From a virus (lineage: Duplodnaviria; Caudoviricetes), in the IMG/VR virus record IMGVR_UViG_3300028833_000065: 64,000 nucleotides of DNA, one strand, 5' to 3'. A program made the translations under genes and the position numbers. Positions 25,801 through 36,476 of this stretch are shown one piece after another. Position 1 is the first letter of the stretch, and each line of letters opens with the position of its first letter. Below the pieces are notes generated by a model. The model was not told the DNA's origin. It saw nothing but the letters and a program-made list of their open reading frames with translations, and searched no databases.

Positions 25801-26729
25801 GCGCTATCATAATTGCCGCCAATCATATCACGTAGTTCTTTACCCTTTAAGGCACTTAACGGTAGATTAGTATCAGAAAATGTAAAATCATTACGTACAT
25901 CTGCTTTTTTTACATAATTATCATTAATGTTACCAGTTAAAGAACTAATGTTTGAAGTATTTTCTGCTAGAGCCGATACAATATCTGCAAAGCGTTTTGC
26001 AAGGCTATCTTCTAATGGCTGCTAATTTTCATCTACTAAATCGGTACGCATAGCATTCTAAATTTGCGTTTGTGCAAATTCAGCCTTATCTTTTACGCGT
26101 ATTGTTTCTAGTGTCATGTTTTCCAATCTTTGAGCTAAAGATTCAGATGTGCCACGCGCATTGTTAAAGTCAGACTAAAGAGTGCTAATATTTTTAAAAA
26201 CAGTATTGTTATAAACTGGATTTGAATTATAACTATAAACTAAGTTTCCCTGTGAATCACGCCCAATAGCACTAATTAAATCTTCAATAGCTTTATATAC
26301 AGTATTCGTAGAATTATATGCTGGAACTGTACGAACTTCAGAAGTATTGCCTACTGTCTCGGTTTTTGTGCCAAATGTCTGAGATAATACAGAAATTGCA
26401 CCTTCAAGGTCTGCTTTCATATTATCAAGGCCATAAGTCGTTTCTTGAGTGCTTGGATCAAGAATAATTACTTTTCTTAATTCAGTCATCGCACGCTAGC
26501 CTGAAGTAGCATTTAGTGCCATAGCGGTAGATAGCGAAGTGGATAAATCCTATAATTCTTGTTTTGTGGCTGCTCTGTCAATAGCTGTCGTATTAGTACT
26601 TACAGAAGTATTTAATTCCTATAGCGCTTCCCTATTTACATATACGCCTTCTTCCAACTTATTCATACGGTCTTCAGTAATCGGCATTGTTGGCGCCCAT
26701 AGTGTTTTCTTATAATCGTCTAAAGCCAT
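16887..26729 (-). CDS. Giant (~3280 aa) tail protein with coiled-coil, CotH-kinase-like and LRR-like regions
   Basis: Eight track fragments are co-frame with the ATG at 26729 and all end in TAG. Motifs: [56 protein letters not shown]. Confidence 0.75.
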
Positions 26730-26846
26730 CTTATTTACCTCCTTTTTCTCAAAATAAAAAATGACGCCTTTTAAAGGCGTCGGACATTTTTCCTCAAATA
26801 AAAGAAGAAAGCGCTACACTGCTGTTTAACTTTTTATTTTCATCAA

Positions 26847-27275
26847 TTAAAAATTATTTAAATACTCAACCGCATAGCCTTCTTCGGTGGAATAGACAAT
26901 TGTTCGTATTCCAAGCTCTTTAATTGCCGCCATACAGGCAGCACAAGGTCTAGCAATTGCGCTGTCTCCATTACGGTGTTCGCGCGCAATTACCAATACT
27001 ACCTTAGAGAAATCTATATCAAGATACTTAATGCGGCTCAGCACACTCGTCTCTGCGTGGCATTTGGAAGGACAGTATGTTTTCAATTTCTTTGGGTCAT
27101 AGCGCAAGTGCCTATACTTTTCCTGCTGAGTATGCGTCTTATCCATATTACAACCTTTTGCCAGAACAGAACCATGATAGACAGCAACGCATCCCAACTT
27201 AACCCTACTCGCGCCACTATATGAAGCATTTTTCGCGCATTCACTAGCAATTTCCAAATAATGTTTATAGTTCAT
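26847..27275 (-). CDS. Zn-dependent cytidine/dCMP deaminase-like protein
   Basis: HAE and PCAAC motifs; GIRTIVYS. Confidence 0.8.
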   Translation of the reverse strand: MNYKHYLEIASECAKNASYSGASRVKLGCVAVYHGSVLAKGCNMDKTHTQQEKYRHLRYDPKKLKTYCPSKCHAETSVLSRIKYLDIDFSKVVLVIAREHRNGDSAIARPCAACMAAIKELGIRTIVYSTEEGYAVEYLNNF

Positions 27276-27320
27276 TCTCTCATCCTTTCTATAATATTAT
27301 ACTGGAAATTGCCGCAAAAG

Positions 27321-27938
27321 TCAAGCATTAAGTTCGGCTAAAATTTCATCTACTATGGACCTTATGTGAGAGAAGATGGCGTGCTTATCGCGCACTAGGG
27401 TTGTATTGAGATAGTAGAAAGAGAGTATTTCTTTATACGAAATACCCTGCTTTGCGGCTGAAATTGCGCCTTTCTGGCTCATTCCCACGCCATGCCCGTT
27501 CTTTTTCTGACTTCCGTTCCACTTATCTTCGCGCGCAATTAGGTATGGTTTATCGCCGCCCCACACTTCTTTACTGGAGTAAGTGCGCCCGCCATTTGCA
27601 TCGCAATAGACCGCACTAATGGGCTTACCATCGTATGTTAATATTAGTCCCATTGTATCTTTGGCAGCTTGGGCGCAAGTAGAGTAAGAGATGCGGTTAG
27701 CGCGATATGCCTATGCGGCGCTCGCGCTATCGGAAATTACTTTCCCCTTTAATACTCCGCGGGCAACCGCAAAGGTGCGTGCGGCAACGGCCTATGCTTT
27801 ACATGCCTCTAATGGCGCATTACCTATCTCCGAGGCAACTACGCAAGCCACATAGTCTTCTATATCTACATCTACTATGGTGTCTTTCGCGCAAGAAAAG
27901 TATTTCATATTCTCACTGGTCGTTATCTTTACTTTCAT
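27321..27938 (-). CDS. SpoIID/LytB-family lytic transglycosylase (TAG read-through)
   Basis: EDYVACVVASE...EACKA*AVAARTFA, *AY, GHGVGMSQKGA and YKEILSFYY. Confidence 0.85.
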
Positions 27939-28332
27939 GCTGCGTGTCCGCCTTTTTATTTAGTCGCGCCTGAACGCCATCAAATAGTTCGGCGCAGCGG
28001 CTAACCTGCTTTTCAATGTAAGCAAAGTATTTATCGGTAAGGTTGAAGAAATAGCGATAGTATTTCTCTTTCGCGCGCTGATAAGCAAGCTCGCATCCAT
28101 ACTCCTCATTCCATTCATCCTCTGGTGCGCACTTAGCTTTCGCACTAATGGAGGATGGAAAGTAGTATTCATCATATGGATACGGAAAGGGAAGAGCAAT
28201 TTGATAGGCAGCCATATTCTTTTCTATAAAGCGCACAAAGGTAAAGCGAGTATCTGGAATTACGCATACTACAATGCGCGCGTCCTTATCAACATAAAAC
28301 TTACAATTTTTCTTACTTACTTCAACTTTCAT
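27913..28332 (-). CDS. Hypothetical protein
   Basis: AKAKCAPEDEWNEEYGCELA; RBS AAGGAG. Confidence 0.65.
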   Translation of the reverse strand: MKVEVSKKNCKFYVDKDARIVVCVIPDTRFTFVRFIEKNMAAYQIALPFPYPYDEYYFPSSISAKAKCAPEDEWNEEYGCELAYQRAKEKYYRYFFNLTDKYFAYIEKQVSRCAELFDGVQARLNKKADTQHESKDNDQ

Positions 28333-28334
28333 AA

Positions 28335-28718
28335 TTATTCTCCTTTATGTATATTTTCCCATATTTTAAGTCGTTCTTCATCAACATGTATCATGTCTTG
28401 TATCATATCTTGTACTACTGGCGCTGGCTTAATTTGCTCAGCATATTCTTTTTTAAGTCGCTCAACTTTTTCGTCGTGCTCAGAGCGCTTACAATTGTCA
28501 TAATAAGTACCAATTTTTACCTTTTTAATTTCATGACAGATACGGCAAACATAATACTCTATAATCTCAATGCGAGAATTATAAGACCCATCGTAACGGT
28601 CGTATCTGTCTTCAATAACCCACGGGAAGTCTTGCCACAAGTGCCCGAACATTTCGCACGGAGTCTTAATTTTAATAGGCTCCGGCGCGGACGCTTTCTT
28701 TTTCTTAAACAGTCCCAT
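28335..28718 (-). CDS. Hypothetical protein
   Basis: Compact ORF in operon; C-x3-GH.W and CRIC. Confidence 0.6.
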   Translation of the reverse strand: MGLFKKKKASAPEPIKIKTPCEMFGHLWQDFPWVIEDRYDRYDGSYNSRIEIIEYYVCRICHEIKKVKIGTYYDNCKRSEHDEKVERLKKEYAEQIKPAPVVQDMIQDMIHVDEERLKIWENIHKGE

Positions 28719-28868
28719 TATCACTCATCCGTCTGATTTCTAATTTAATATTAGGCTCAGCAAAAAATTCATCCATAAAGCCGTGTATAAAGATACAGGC
28801 ATTTTCAATATTCATGTGGGAAGCGATACATTGATGCTCGTCCCAAATTTCATATAAATTCTCATCCA

Positions 28869-29123
28869 TTACTAAAACAACCCCATATTTCTTTGGCGCT
28901 AGGCATACAAATATGCTCTTGCGTCATCTAATGTATCTAATAATTGAAAGTATTCATTCGCGTCCTCATCTTCATCAATACGAAGCGGCCGCATAAGTTT
29001 CCCGTTCTCATACGGATATTCCTTTATAGCCCAATCTTGCTAACGAAACTTAAATATATGGCGCGCGGAGGCTCGGTCAAAAGAGTCGTATTTATTATAT
29101 ACATCTATAATAAATTTAGTCAT
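28869..29123 (-). CDS. Hypothetical protein (TAG read-through)
   Basis: 84 aa open in code 15; fills the operon gap. Confidence 0.5.
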
Positions 29124-29424
29124 CGTCCCACGGGGCATCTCCAATAGAAGCACCAGTCCAAGCGCGCCATCTCTTATTATAGGTATGAATTTTTACCCAG
29201 TCGCATGGATGGGTTGGATTAAATGTAAGATGCTCGCGCAACCATCTGACACTAAAGCCCTCAACGCCATTATCTTCTTTTGATTCAATATATAGATATT
29301 CATCTGGATTAGTGCTTTCGTCGGCAAGATAGTTGAGAAATACATTTTTAGGCAGCAAGGTGCTTTCGTAGGCAAGCTTATCTATAAGTTCTTTAAGCTC
29401 TCTAATAATTTCAGACTTCGTCAT
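29116..29424 (-). CDS. Hypothetical protein
   Basis: TYNKRWRAWT...PW; overlaps neighbours in the operon. Confidence 0.6.
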   Translation of the reverse strand: MTKSEIIRELKELIDKLAYESTLLPKNVFLNYLADESTNPDEYLYIESKEDNGVEGFSVRWLREHLTFNPTHPCDWVKIHTYNKRWRAWTGASIGDAPWDDD

Positions 29425-29677
29425 CGTAATAATTCTTCCTCTCTTCTGTTACTTCAAGTTCAGTGACGCCTTCGCGCGCAAGTTCCATACCAAGACGCAC
29501 GGCATCAAGCCATTCATATGCGCTGACAAGGTCGCGCCCGAGAATAGCATCTTCGGGGCATTCATTAAGATTATTTACACGATAATGGATACGTGGGTCT
29601 ACTGGACTAGTAATGCTCTGAGAATATTCCGTCCACTTGTCCTCCATTATAATGCTAATTGTAATAGGTAGTGTCAT
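29411..29677 (-). CDS. Hypothetical protein
   Basis: NLNECPEDAILGRDL; GAGGTG RBS. Confidence 0.6.
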   Translation of the reverse strand: MTLPITISIIMEDKWTEYSQSITSPVDPRIHYRVNNLNECPEDAILGRDLVSAYEWLDAVRLGMELAREGVTELEVTEERKNYYDDEV

Positions 29678-30462
29678 TTTTCTTCACCTCTATGATATAC
29701 AATGTTTTCAATATGCGCGCGGTCCTCATTGAAGCGGGGAATTTCCATATTAATAAACCATTTGTTGTTAGGGTCCTTTTCAATGGCGGCTCCGCGGCGA
29801 AAGGCGGTTGGGTAGTCGTTCCAATTGATGCCAGGCCCCGTAAAAAGTTTATTCTGGAGGTCATTACAAGAAAGACCAATTAGTTCTTTTTGCGAAAAAT
29901 AGGTATGGGCTACTGACTGAATAGAATTGCGTTCGCAGTCGCGCTGACGCCAAAGGAAATAGTTGTTGACTTCCTCGCGCGGAAGCACAAAGGCGCGCGC
30001 ATCAAAGGTCGCAATGCGCTTGTCAACATATGCTCTATTCATTCCCATGGAGCCGAAATAGAAGCCACCGGGATCTTCCCCGGGCAGGCCATGAAAGAAG
30101 AGACATGCGAGGTTGCGGTTGAAGAAGAAGGTAGCCATTGCGGCGGAAACGCTTACGATTTTCTGAAGGTTCTTGCCGAACCAAGCCTGCGTTTCAATGC
30201 TGTCGTCGTCCGTTAGGAGCAGACTAATTTCATCGGACTGCGTGTAGGCGAACTTCGCGCCCATAATATTTTCGCAAAGGTCTTTTGCGGTTGCGCGCAT
30301 ACAGGCGAGAAAGCTTTCATCAAACGGGCGCTTGAAGTCCTTGGTGAAGCTGTGGAAATGGCAACCATCCACACGAATAATGAGCGGCTCACGCCGCGTA
30401 AGGTATCGACGCTCTACATTTTCGTATTCTTTCATGCGGTCGCTAAGACTGGTTTTATCCAT
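29674..30462 (-). CDS. tRNA-His guanylyltransferase Thg1-like protein
   Basis: RMKEYE, IIRVDGCHFHSFTK..RPFD, YTQSDEISL, FDARAF and WRQRDCERNSI. Confidence 0.9.
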   Translation of the reverse strand: MDKTSLSDRMKEYENVERRYLTRREPLIIRVDGCHFHSFTKDFKRPFDESFLACMRATAKDLCENIMGAKFAYTQSDEISLLLTDDDSIETQAWFGKNLQKIVSVSAAMATFFFNRNLACLFFHGLPGEDPGGFYFGSMGMNRAYVDKRIATFDARAFVLPREEVNNYFLWRQRDCERNSIQSVAHTYFSQKELIGLSCNDLQNKLFTGPGINWNDYPTAFRRGAAIEKDPNNKWFINMEIPRFNEDRAHIENIVYHRGEEK

Positions 30463-30479
30463 TACTAATTTCTCCTTTC

Positions 30480-30680
30480 TTACAGAAATAGGCCAAGGAA
30501 ATCGGGTTCAATTTGTAATTGGTCAGCCAGAATATCCTCTGCCATTGTAATGCTTCCGGCCGCAAAGGCTTCCTGAAGCATATCTTCGGTTTCTTCAATC
30601 GCCTCATAGGCTTCATCAACGGAGATTCCGTCGCGGCGCGCAATCATAGTAGCAAGTTCATCAAAATTGGTTGACATCAT
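30480..30680 (-). CDS. Small acidic protein
   Basis: RRDGISVDEA...AEDILADQLQIEPDF; own sigma-A promoter near 30710-30737. Confidence 0.6.
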   Translation of the reverse strand: MMSTNFDELATMIARRDGISVDEAYEAIEETEDMLQEAFAAGSITMAEDILADQLQIEPDFLGLFL

Positions 30681-30740
30681 ATCAATTCCTTTCTTTTTCT
30701 TACATATATATTATACATTAAATTTGAAAAAAGTCAAACA

Positions 30741-31271
30741 TTAGTCCCAAAGGGCATAGAAGTTTTTGGCTATCTGTGCGAAAGCCTCTTTGACATTCTC
30801 GTGCCCCTGCGTGTGGAGTTCCTTTGCGCGCGCCCAATACTTTTTATCAAGGTCAGATGGCTCCTGAGTAGTGTATACTAGGTTGCCATTCTCGTCCTTA
30901 ACGGGCGGCTTCCAATCATCCATTATGTGGCTCATATATTCGTCGTGGTATTCATTGTGGGCCTCTTGCCATTCTTCGCTGCCGCTTTCTAGTAGGTCGG
31001 CCATATGACGAAGCCATTCTTCCCATTTTTCGGGAGTATCAAAATCATCGTCGCAGGGGTAGGCGCAACCTTTATCTGCGAGATAACGGAACATTGGGAT
31101 TGTAGTTTTGAGGAACCAATCATACCAATTCCAGACATCAACATAGGTGTATCCATAGCGGGCGCGCCGATAGGCATCGCGGCAATTTCGCCATAGTTCT
31201 TTAAACCATTTCCAAGGGTGAGTTAGGTAATAGCGCTTTGAGTAAGGGAAAGTCCATACACTGTTTTTCAT
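30741..31271 (-). CDS. Hypothetical protein
   Basis: Trp-rich ORF with AGGAGG RBS. Confidence 0.65.
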   Translation of the reverse strand: MKNSVWTFPYSKRYYLTHPWKWFKELWRNCRDAYRRARYGYTYVDVWNWYDWFLKTTIPMFRYLADKGCAYPCDDDFDTPEKWEEWLRHMADLLESGSEEWQEAHNEYHDEYMSHIMDDWKPPVKDENGNLVYTTQEPSDLDKKYWARAKELHTQGHENVKEAFAQIAKNFYALWD

Positions 31272-31284
31272 TTTAGGTCCTCCT

Positions 31285-32028
31285 TTATACTAAATAATCC
31301 TTCTCTATACTAAAAATTAAATTTAAATACATATCTAAATTTTTATAATTATAAGGTATTTCTATTAACAATATGCCTTTTTTCCCGCAATATTCACGCT
31401 TAAGTAAATCATATTCTCGTGTTTTTTCACAAGCTGCATCTCCAAATTCTTTTAAATTATGATAATGCTATTGTCCTTGGAATTCTATTACTATTGGTTT
31501 ATCTTTAATTTTAAAATCAAAGCGTAAAGATTCATATTGTCCAGTTAAATCTGGATAGCTATATTCTCTTGTAAAAGGAATATTATATCTATTAAGCCAC
31601 TATGCAATTGCCCTTTCACCTTTTGAATCCTACCCATTGTATGAATTAGTAGGAATACTCGCATCACGAAAATTGAAATTTTGTGGAGCATTATTATATT
31701 TAGATTTCCGAGAAACAACTAAATAATACTATAGCCAAAGTAATGTATTATATAAAAATTTTTCTTCTTTTGTTTCTTTATAAATATTCATAGTTGAAAA
31801 TAAAAGTAAAATTTTTATATTGGCTCTTTCTTCAGGTTTAAGCCGCTAAAATATCTGTAAGGTTGTTCCTTCTGGATTATTAATATTATCTATTAATCTT
31901 GGATATATAGTTTGTTCAAAATCACCTTTATAAATTCCAACATAATAAGTTATATTTTTATCTTCACTTGTAAGTGCATAAATTCCCCAATCTTCGTTTT
32001 CTTCAAATAAATTTGTATCCCACTACAT
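31285..32028 (-). CDS. Endonuclease: GIY-YIG-like N-terminus plus Vsr/DUF559-like domain (code 15 only)
   Basis: WGIYAL...YYVG; SKGERAIA*WL...REY...LRFDF...IEFQGQ*HY...D.LKREYC...LIEIPY. Confidence 0.7.
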
Positions 32029-32124
32029 AATACTTCTATCTCCTTGCGCCACCGCGCCAATCTTTTATATGTATTTTTTTATTTTATATTTTATTATATT
32101 TTTCTTTTCTTATATTACTCTAAC

Positions 32125-32251
32125 AATTTTTGGGAAATGGTTCCCATTTTTTGGGAACGCTATCCCATTTTTCGGGAATATGATTCCCATTTTTTGGGAG
32201 ACAATTTCCCAATAATTGTGACATTCAAATGTAATTCCCAAAAAATGGGAA
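32125..32251. repeat. Iteron-like repeats TCCCATTTTTTGGGA at 21-22 bp period, next to an AT-rich tract
   Basis: Copies near 32141, 32162, 32184 and (degenerate) 32206; inverted copy at 32235; A/T run at 32070-32120. Confidence 0.75.
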
Positions 32252-32644
32252 TTAGTAATCTTGAATATTTTTCAATGAATCATAATCTTGCGGTAATACT
32301 GGTCGAAAAATATATTTATTAGGATGTTCTTCGGCATTTGTTTGAAAAAGATATCCTTTTTGTATTAATTCTGCAAAAGCATTATTTGGGCCATTTTTAC
32401 CCATACCAGTGCTTTTAATTATTGCCGCAGGAGAAAAATCATAGTTTTTATTTGTTTTATTTACTCCATACCATTTAAGAAGATAACGCCATAATTTAAA
32501 GCCATTGCCACTTAAATTACGCATTGCGGCTTCTTCATACTTAAAATCAATTGACATAATAAAAAGATTTCTGCTATCTTTATTATGTTGTATTTTATCA
32601 AATTCAGTTAATTCGATATAATTTTGGTTAGCGTAATTCGCCAT
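32252..32644 (-). CDS. Winged-helix replication initiator-like protein
   Basis: LSGNGFKLWRYL...FSPAAIIKSTGMG...AFAELIQKGYL...YIF. Confidence 0.55.
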   Translation of the reverse strand: MANYANQNYIELTEFDKIQHNKDSRNLFIMSIDFKYEEAAMRNLSGNGFKLWRYLLKWYGVNKTNKNYDFSPAAIIKSTGMGKNGPNNAFAELIQKGYLFQTNAEEHPNKYIFRPVLPQDYDSLKNIQDY

Positions 32645-32682
32645 AATTATTCACTTCCATTGGAGTATTTGAATGTTTCAGT

Positions 32683-32850
32683 TTAGGTGTTTTTGAGTGC
32701 TTGGACTGCTTCGCGTAAAGCAGGAGTTTCTTCAAAATAATACACCATTAGCGTAGGCTTATTGCGATTAGGCTCTATATGTATAACTTTAAAGCCTTGA
32801 CGTTCAAGCGCAATAACCAGTCTTCGCGTAAAAACTGGGTATAATTTCAT
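32683..32850 (-). CDS. DUF5659-like small protein
   Basis: VFTRRLVIALERQGFKVIHIEPNRNKP..MVYYFEET; 55 aa. Confidence 0.55.
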   Translation of the reverse strand: MKLYPVFTRRLVIALERQGFKVIHIEPNRNKPTLMVYYFEETPALREAVQALKNT

Positions 32851-32856
32851 GTTAAT

Positions 32857-33045
32857 TCACTCCCTTACAATTGCTTCAATAGTGTTAAGAATATGCTCTA
32901 ATCCGTCTTTAATTGCCATCACTTTGCTACCATTTGGTAGTGATGCGCCAGTAAGATAATTTCTAATACTGGTTGAAGAACAATGGCATTCGCGCGCAAG
33001 AACATTAATTGGAATACCAAAGTCTGCGATTTTCTTCAATTTCAT
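32857..33045 (-). CDS. XRE-type HTH protein
   Basis: INVLARECHCSSTSIRNYLTG..P. Confidence 0.65.
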   Translation of the reverse strand: MKLKKIADFGIPINVLARECHCSSTSIRNYLTGASLPNGSKVMAIKDGLEHILNTIEAIVRE

Positions 33046-33196
33046 AACCTCATCCACGCTTCTCACCTCCAATATAATTGTGATACGATTAGCTCCAAAC
33101 TATTACATTTGTTCTTTTCCTTATAAAAAATTTTTTTGAAAAATAATCAAAAGAAAAGACTAGATATCTTTTATCTAGTCTTATTATACATCAAAT

Positions 33197-33556
33197 TTAT
33201 TCAATTGTCAAAGTATAAAGTTTATCATTCCTTGGACCCGCGCACGGATGTAATGACATCTCAAAGGCTACACTACGAGAGACATCAGCAGAACACACTC
33301 TTTCTCCTCGCGCATCAACAACATATGCTTCATCGCTTTCCATACTAATACTTTCAAGCTCTGGGTGTGCCCACATACTAATATACACATCCTTATCCTG
33401 TACCAGATACTTTGGTGCCTTTAAAACAAACATTGTTGGTTCCTTACTATCAAAATCAATCATTGTAAGGTCAATAATGCGTGTGCCGCAAAATTCACAT
33501 TTAAGCCCATTAACAGGTAAGGGGCCGCCGCAATTAGGGCAATTAGTTCGTTTCAT
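33197..33556 (-). CDS. Zn-ribbon protein
   Basis: CPNCGGPL...CEFCG; followed by hairpin AAGACTAGATA..TATCTAGTCTT. Confidence 0.65.
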   Translation of the reverse strand: MKRTNCPNCGGPLPVNGLKCEFCGTRIIDLTMIDFDSKEPTMFVLKAPKYLVQDKDVYISMWAHPELESISMESDEAYVVDARGERVCSADVSRSVAFEMSLHPCAGPRNDKLYTLTIE

Positions 33557-33714
33557 TAGTCTTTCCTCCAATTACGAATAGCGTTTGCGGCGCTATGTCC
33601 CATATCTTTACATAATAGCATTAGCCACATACAAATAGCAATGGATGATAGGCTGCCGCTAATAAGTTTTAAATACAATACAATTTCCTTTAATACTTCT
33701 ACCATACCTACTCC

Positions 33715-35617
33715 TTATGGTATGTCCGCAATAGTTTCTACATAGCAATTATAATAAATATAGCGCTTTCCATTCCAGTCAAACTTCACATAGCCCTGGT
33801 CCTGCTCTATATCAATCTTGCCTTCATACTGTTTCAGGACATTACCATCTGCCGTATAGATAGTAACAATGCGCTCCAAACCATTCTGTAATTCCGCTCG
33901 TTCATCTGTTCGCGCGCGAATACCACTCGCCGTATTGTTATAGTACCAAAACCCAAATACAAATATTAGTATCGCTACTACAATGCCCGCCGCAAGCCAT
34001 ATGCCGCGCCAACTTTCAAAGCAAAACACATACAGGACAATGCCGCCGCTAATGGCAACTACCGCGAGCACGAAACAAGTAAACCAGCCCTCAATCGTCA
34101 TCCTTATGCCTCCCAACCAATCCAATAGTAGGTGTCGCCGCAATAGGTAGTCTTTTCCACTGTATAGCCGTCCGCGCGCAAGATACGAATATTCTTAGGC
34201 AGCAATGCCTCAGTAATATACAATTCCAATTCGCCCTTCTTTTTCGCCATATCAATCTGTTCCTTAAGGTCCTCGCGCTGCTTATCTTCTTCCTTCATCC
34301 AAAGTCCCCAATACAGTTCATTCAAAATCATAGTTCCTGTTCCGCCTTCCATTCCATATATTTGTCTTGTACCGCTTTCTCCAATACATCTTTATTGGTG
34401 AAGCGCTCACTATACTTCAATACCATATAAACATCATTTGGGTCGCTTGTCGGTGTAATGCGCTCTGGGCGCGCCCAGTCCTCATAATGTACGCCGCTAA
34501 CTTTACCACTCTTGGGCGCATAATGTAATGTCAAATACTTTTCAAATGGTTTATACTCGTCCAACTCATACTCTTCAATAGGATTAACTTCGCAGCAGGA
34601 TGCGGATGGATAGACCTCCATTGCGGCAATAGCCTTCTCCGCGCCCTCTTTCGTGCTAAAAATTCCTCTAATCGTATAGTCCGAATACTCACCTGTCGTC
34701 ACCACATAAACGGTCATAGTTCTCGCGCTCCTTCTCATACTCAATTGCTATTTGTTCCCAATTCGCAAACTCATAGCCGCAAAATTGACAATACCAAAAT
34801 CGTAAACTTTTAACACGCATCCGACAATTGGCGCAATACAGCACCCCATTTCTTTCCTTAATTGTCGTAACCATTCCAAAGCTCCCCATATCGTGTCTGA
34901 TAGGTAAATTCATTATGACAATTTAAACAAGTACATACTGTTGTTGTAATATTCCCATCAGGATTTATATTAACTCCATTCTTAATAATGGGCGCATAAT
35001 ACATAGCAGTTCTCATACTATACTTCTCAGTGTAGTAGCTTTCGCCGCATTTAGGACATCTAACCTCAATCATACTTCTACCCACGGGCACCAATCTGGC
35101 TTTGGAAATTCCGTCCACCATTCTGGTGTCGTTTCCTCCTTCTTATAAAATAATGGCTCCGTAATTTGCTTCATTCCCATCGCATTACAACACCTCAAGC
35201 CCACACCTGTTAAATTAAGCGTATAAAGGCATGGGCAAAACAGGCAAGATTGCGGCATCTCCCTATCTAACGCAATCATAGCGCACTCTCCTTTAAGTTC
35301 TTGCTGGCATTCGCGCAGAACTCCAACAGCATATCACAGACCTCTTTGCTGGGGGCCTCTTTCAGCCATCTAGTCCCTACTCCCTCAAACTTAAATTCTT
35401 CCTCTTTTGGATTCCAAATTAAGTGTGCTATGGAGTAGCAACTCTCAAACGAGTACTCAAGCTGTCCTGTGCGCGCATTCCTTACAATGGCCGGAGTCGG
35501 GCGCGTCTCCCACTTCACCACATCGTACATGATTTTATTAGGCGGTGGACTGCCCATCCATACGCAATCGCGCACCTGAATGCCATCTACCCTTTTCGTA
35601 TAATTCACCATACTCAA
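33715..35617 (-). other. Operon of ~7 small hypothetical genes (a membrane protein, Zn-finger proteins, others)
   Basis: Overlapping ORFs 33715.., 34104.., 34328.., 34689.., 34858.., 35070.. and 35276..; promoter TTGACT-17-TATAAT near 35642-35669. Confidence 0.65.
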
Positions 35618-36166
35618 ATCTCCTTTCTTTCTTATACTTATATTATAATATAAATTAGAAAAAAGTCAAGCATTAGCAATCTCCCCAATTTGAGCTGCCA
35701 TTTCCCTCATTCCCTACTCAATCTACTCGCGCATCTTATCACTAAGTTTTAGTTTCCCGTGCGCGAAGCGGCTAAGAGTCGTATGGGAAGTGCCGCAGTA
35801 GATTGCCAATGTCCTCAATGGAATATTGGGGCCGTCTTCCGCGGTAAGTTCTAATATCTTTTGTTCTAATGTCATATAACCACCTCGGAATTATTGTAGC
35901 TACTATGGCCCCAAATTTTGGGAAAATAATAAGTACCTCGTGAAACGACAAAAGGAAGGAAGAAAAGAAACGAAATACGACGCCTTTCAGACCAAGCAGC
36001 CTCCACTGGATGGGAGGAGGGGTCGGGCGCATTTCTTAAGTGGGTCATTATATTAGATGGATGTGCCGAAATTTCGGCTTTTGTCAAGTATTTATCAATA
36101 AAATCTCTTTTTCTTTTATTATAACATAAAAATTGAAAAAAGTCAAGTATTTGAGAGAAATTTTTG

Positions 36167-36336
36167 GTGGTACTTTTTTGGTAATGGATATAAGAGTATT
36201 ATATATAGGGGGTAAAAATACCACCATATTATAATACCATATTTTATAAAATTAAAAATAAAAATGATATTTCTAAATGTGGTATTTTTTACCCCTATAT
36301 ATAAAAGGACTACACGCGTAATGAAAAAAGTACCAC
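36167..36336. repeat. Large nested inverted repeat around an AT-rich core
   Basis: GTGGTACTTTTTT / AAAAAAGTACCAC and ATATATAGGGGGTAAAAATACCAC / GTGGTATTTTTTACCCCTATATAT. Confidence 0.75.
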
Positions 36337-36476
36337 ATTTAAAAATACCAGAAAAAGAAGAAAATATTAAAGTTTAAATATAAGAAAAACTACCGGTATA
36401 GTAGCAGGATTAGGGAGCGCCTAGTATTTGACTACCACCCTAATCTATGTTATAATAAAATTAAGAGGTGAAGTAA

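Noticed and set aside
7996-26729. Pseudogenised/decayed prophage tail genes
   Set aside because: All checked breaks are TAG, with no frameshifts, and they align with Gln.
32044-32322. 92-aa plus-strand ORF
   Set aside because: Translation of the AT tract and iterons.
33155-33183. Extra copy of the cassette palindrome
   Set aside because: Arms are TAGATA/TATCTA with a different spacer; it is the terminator of 33197..33556.
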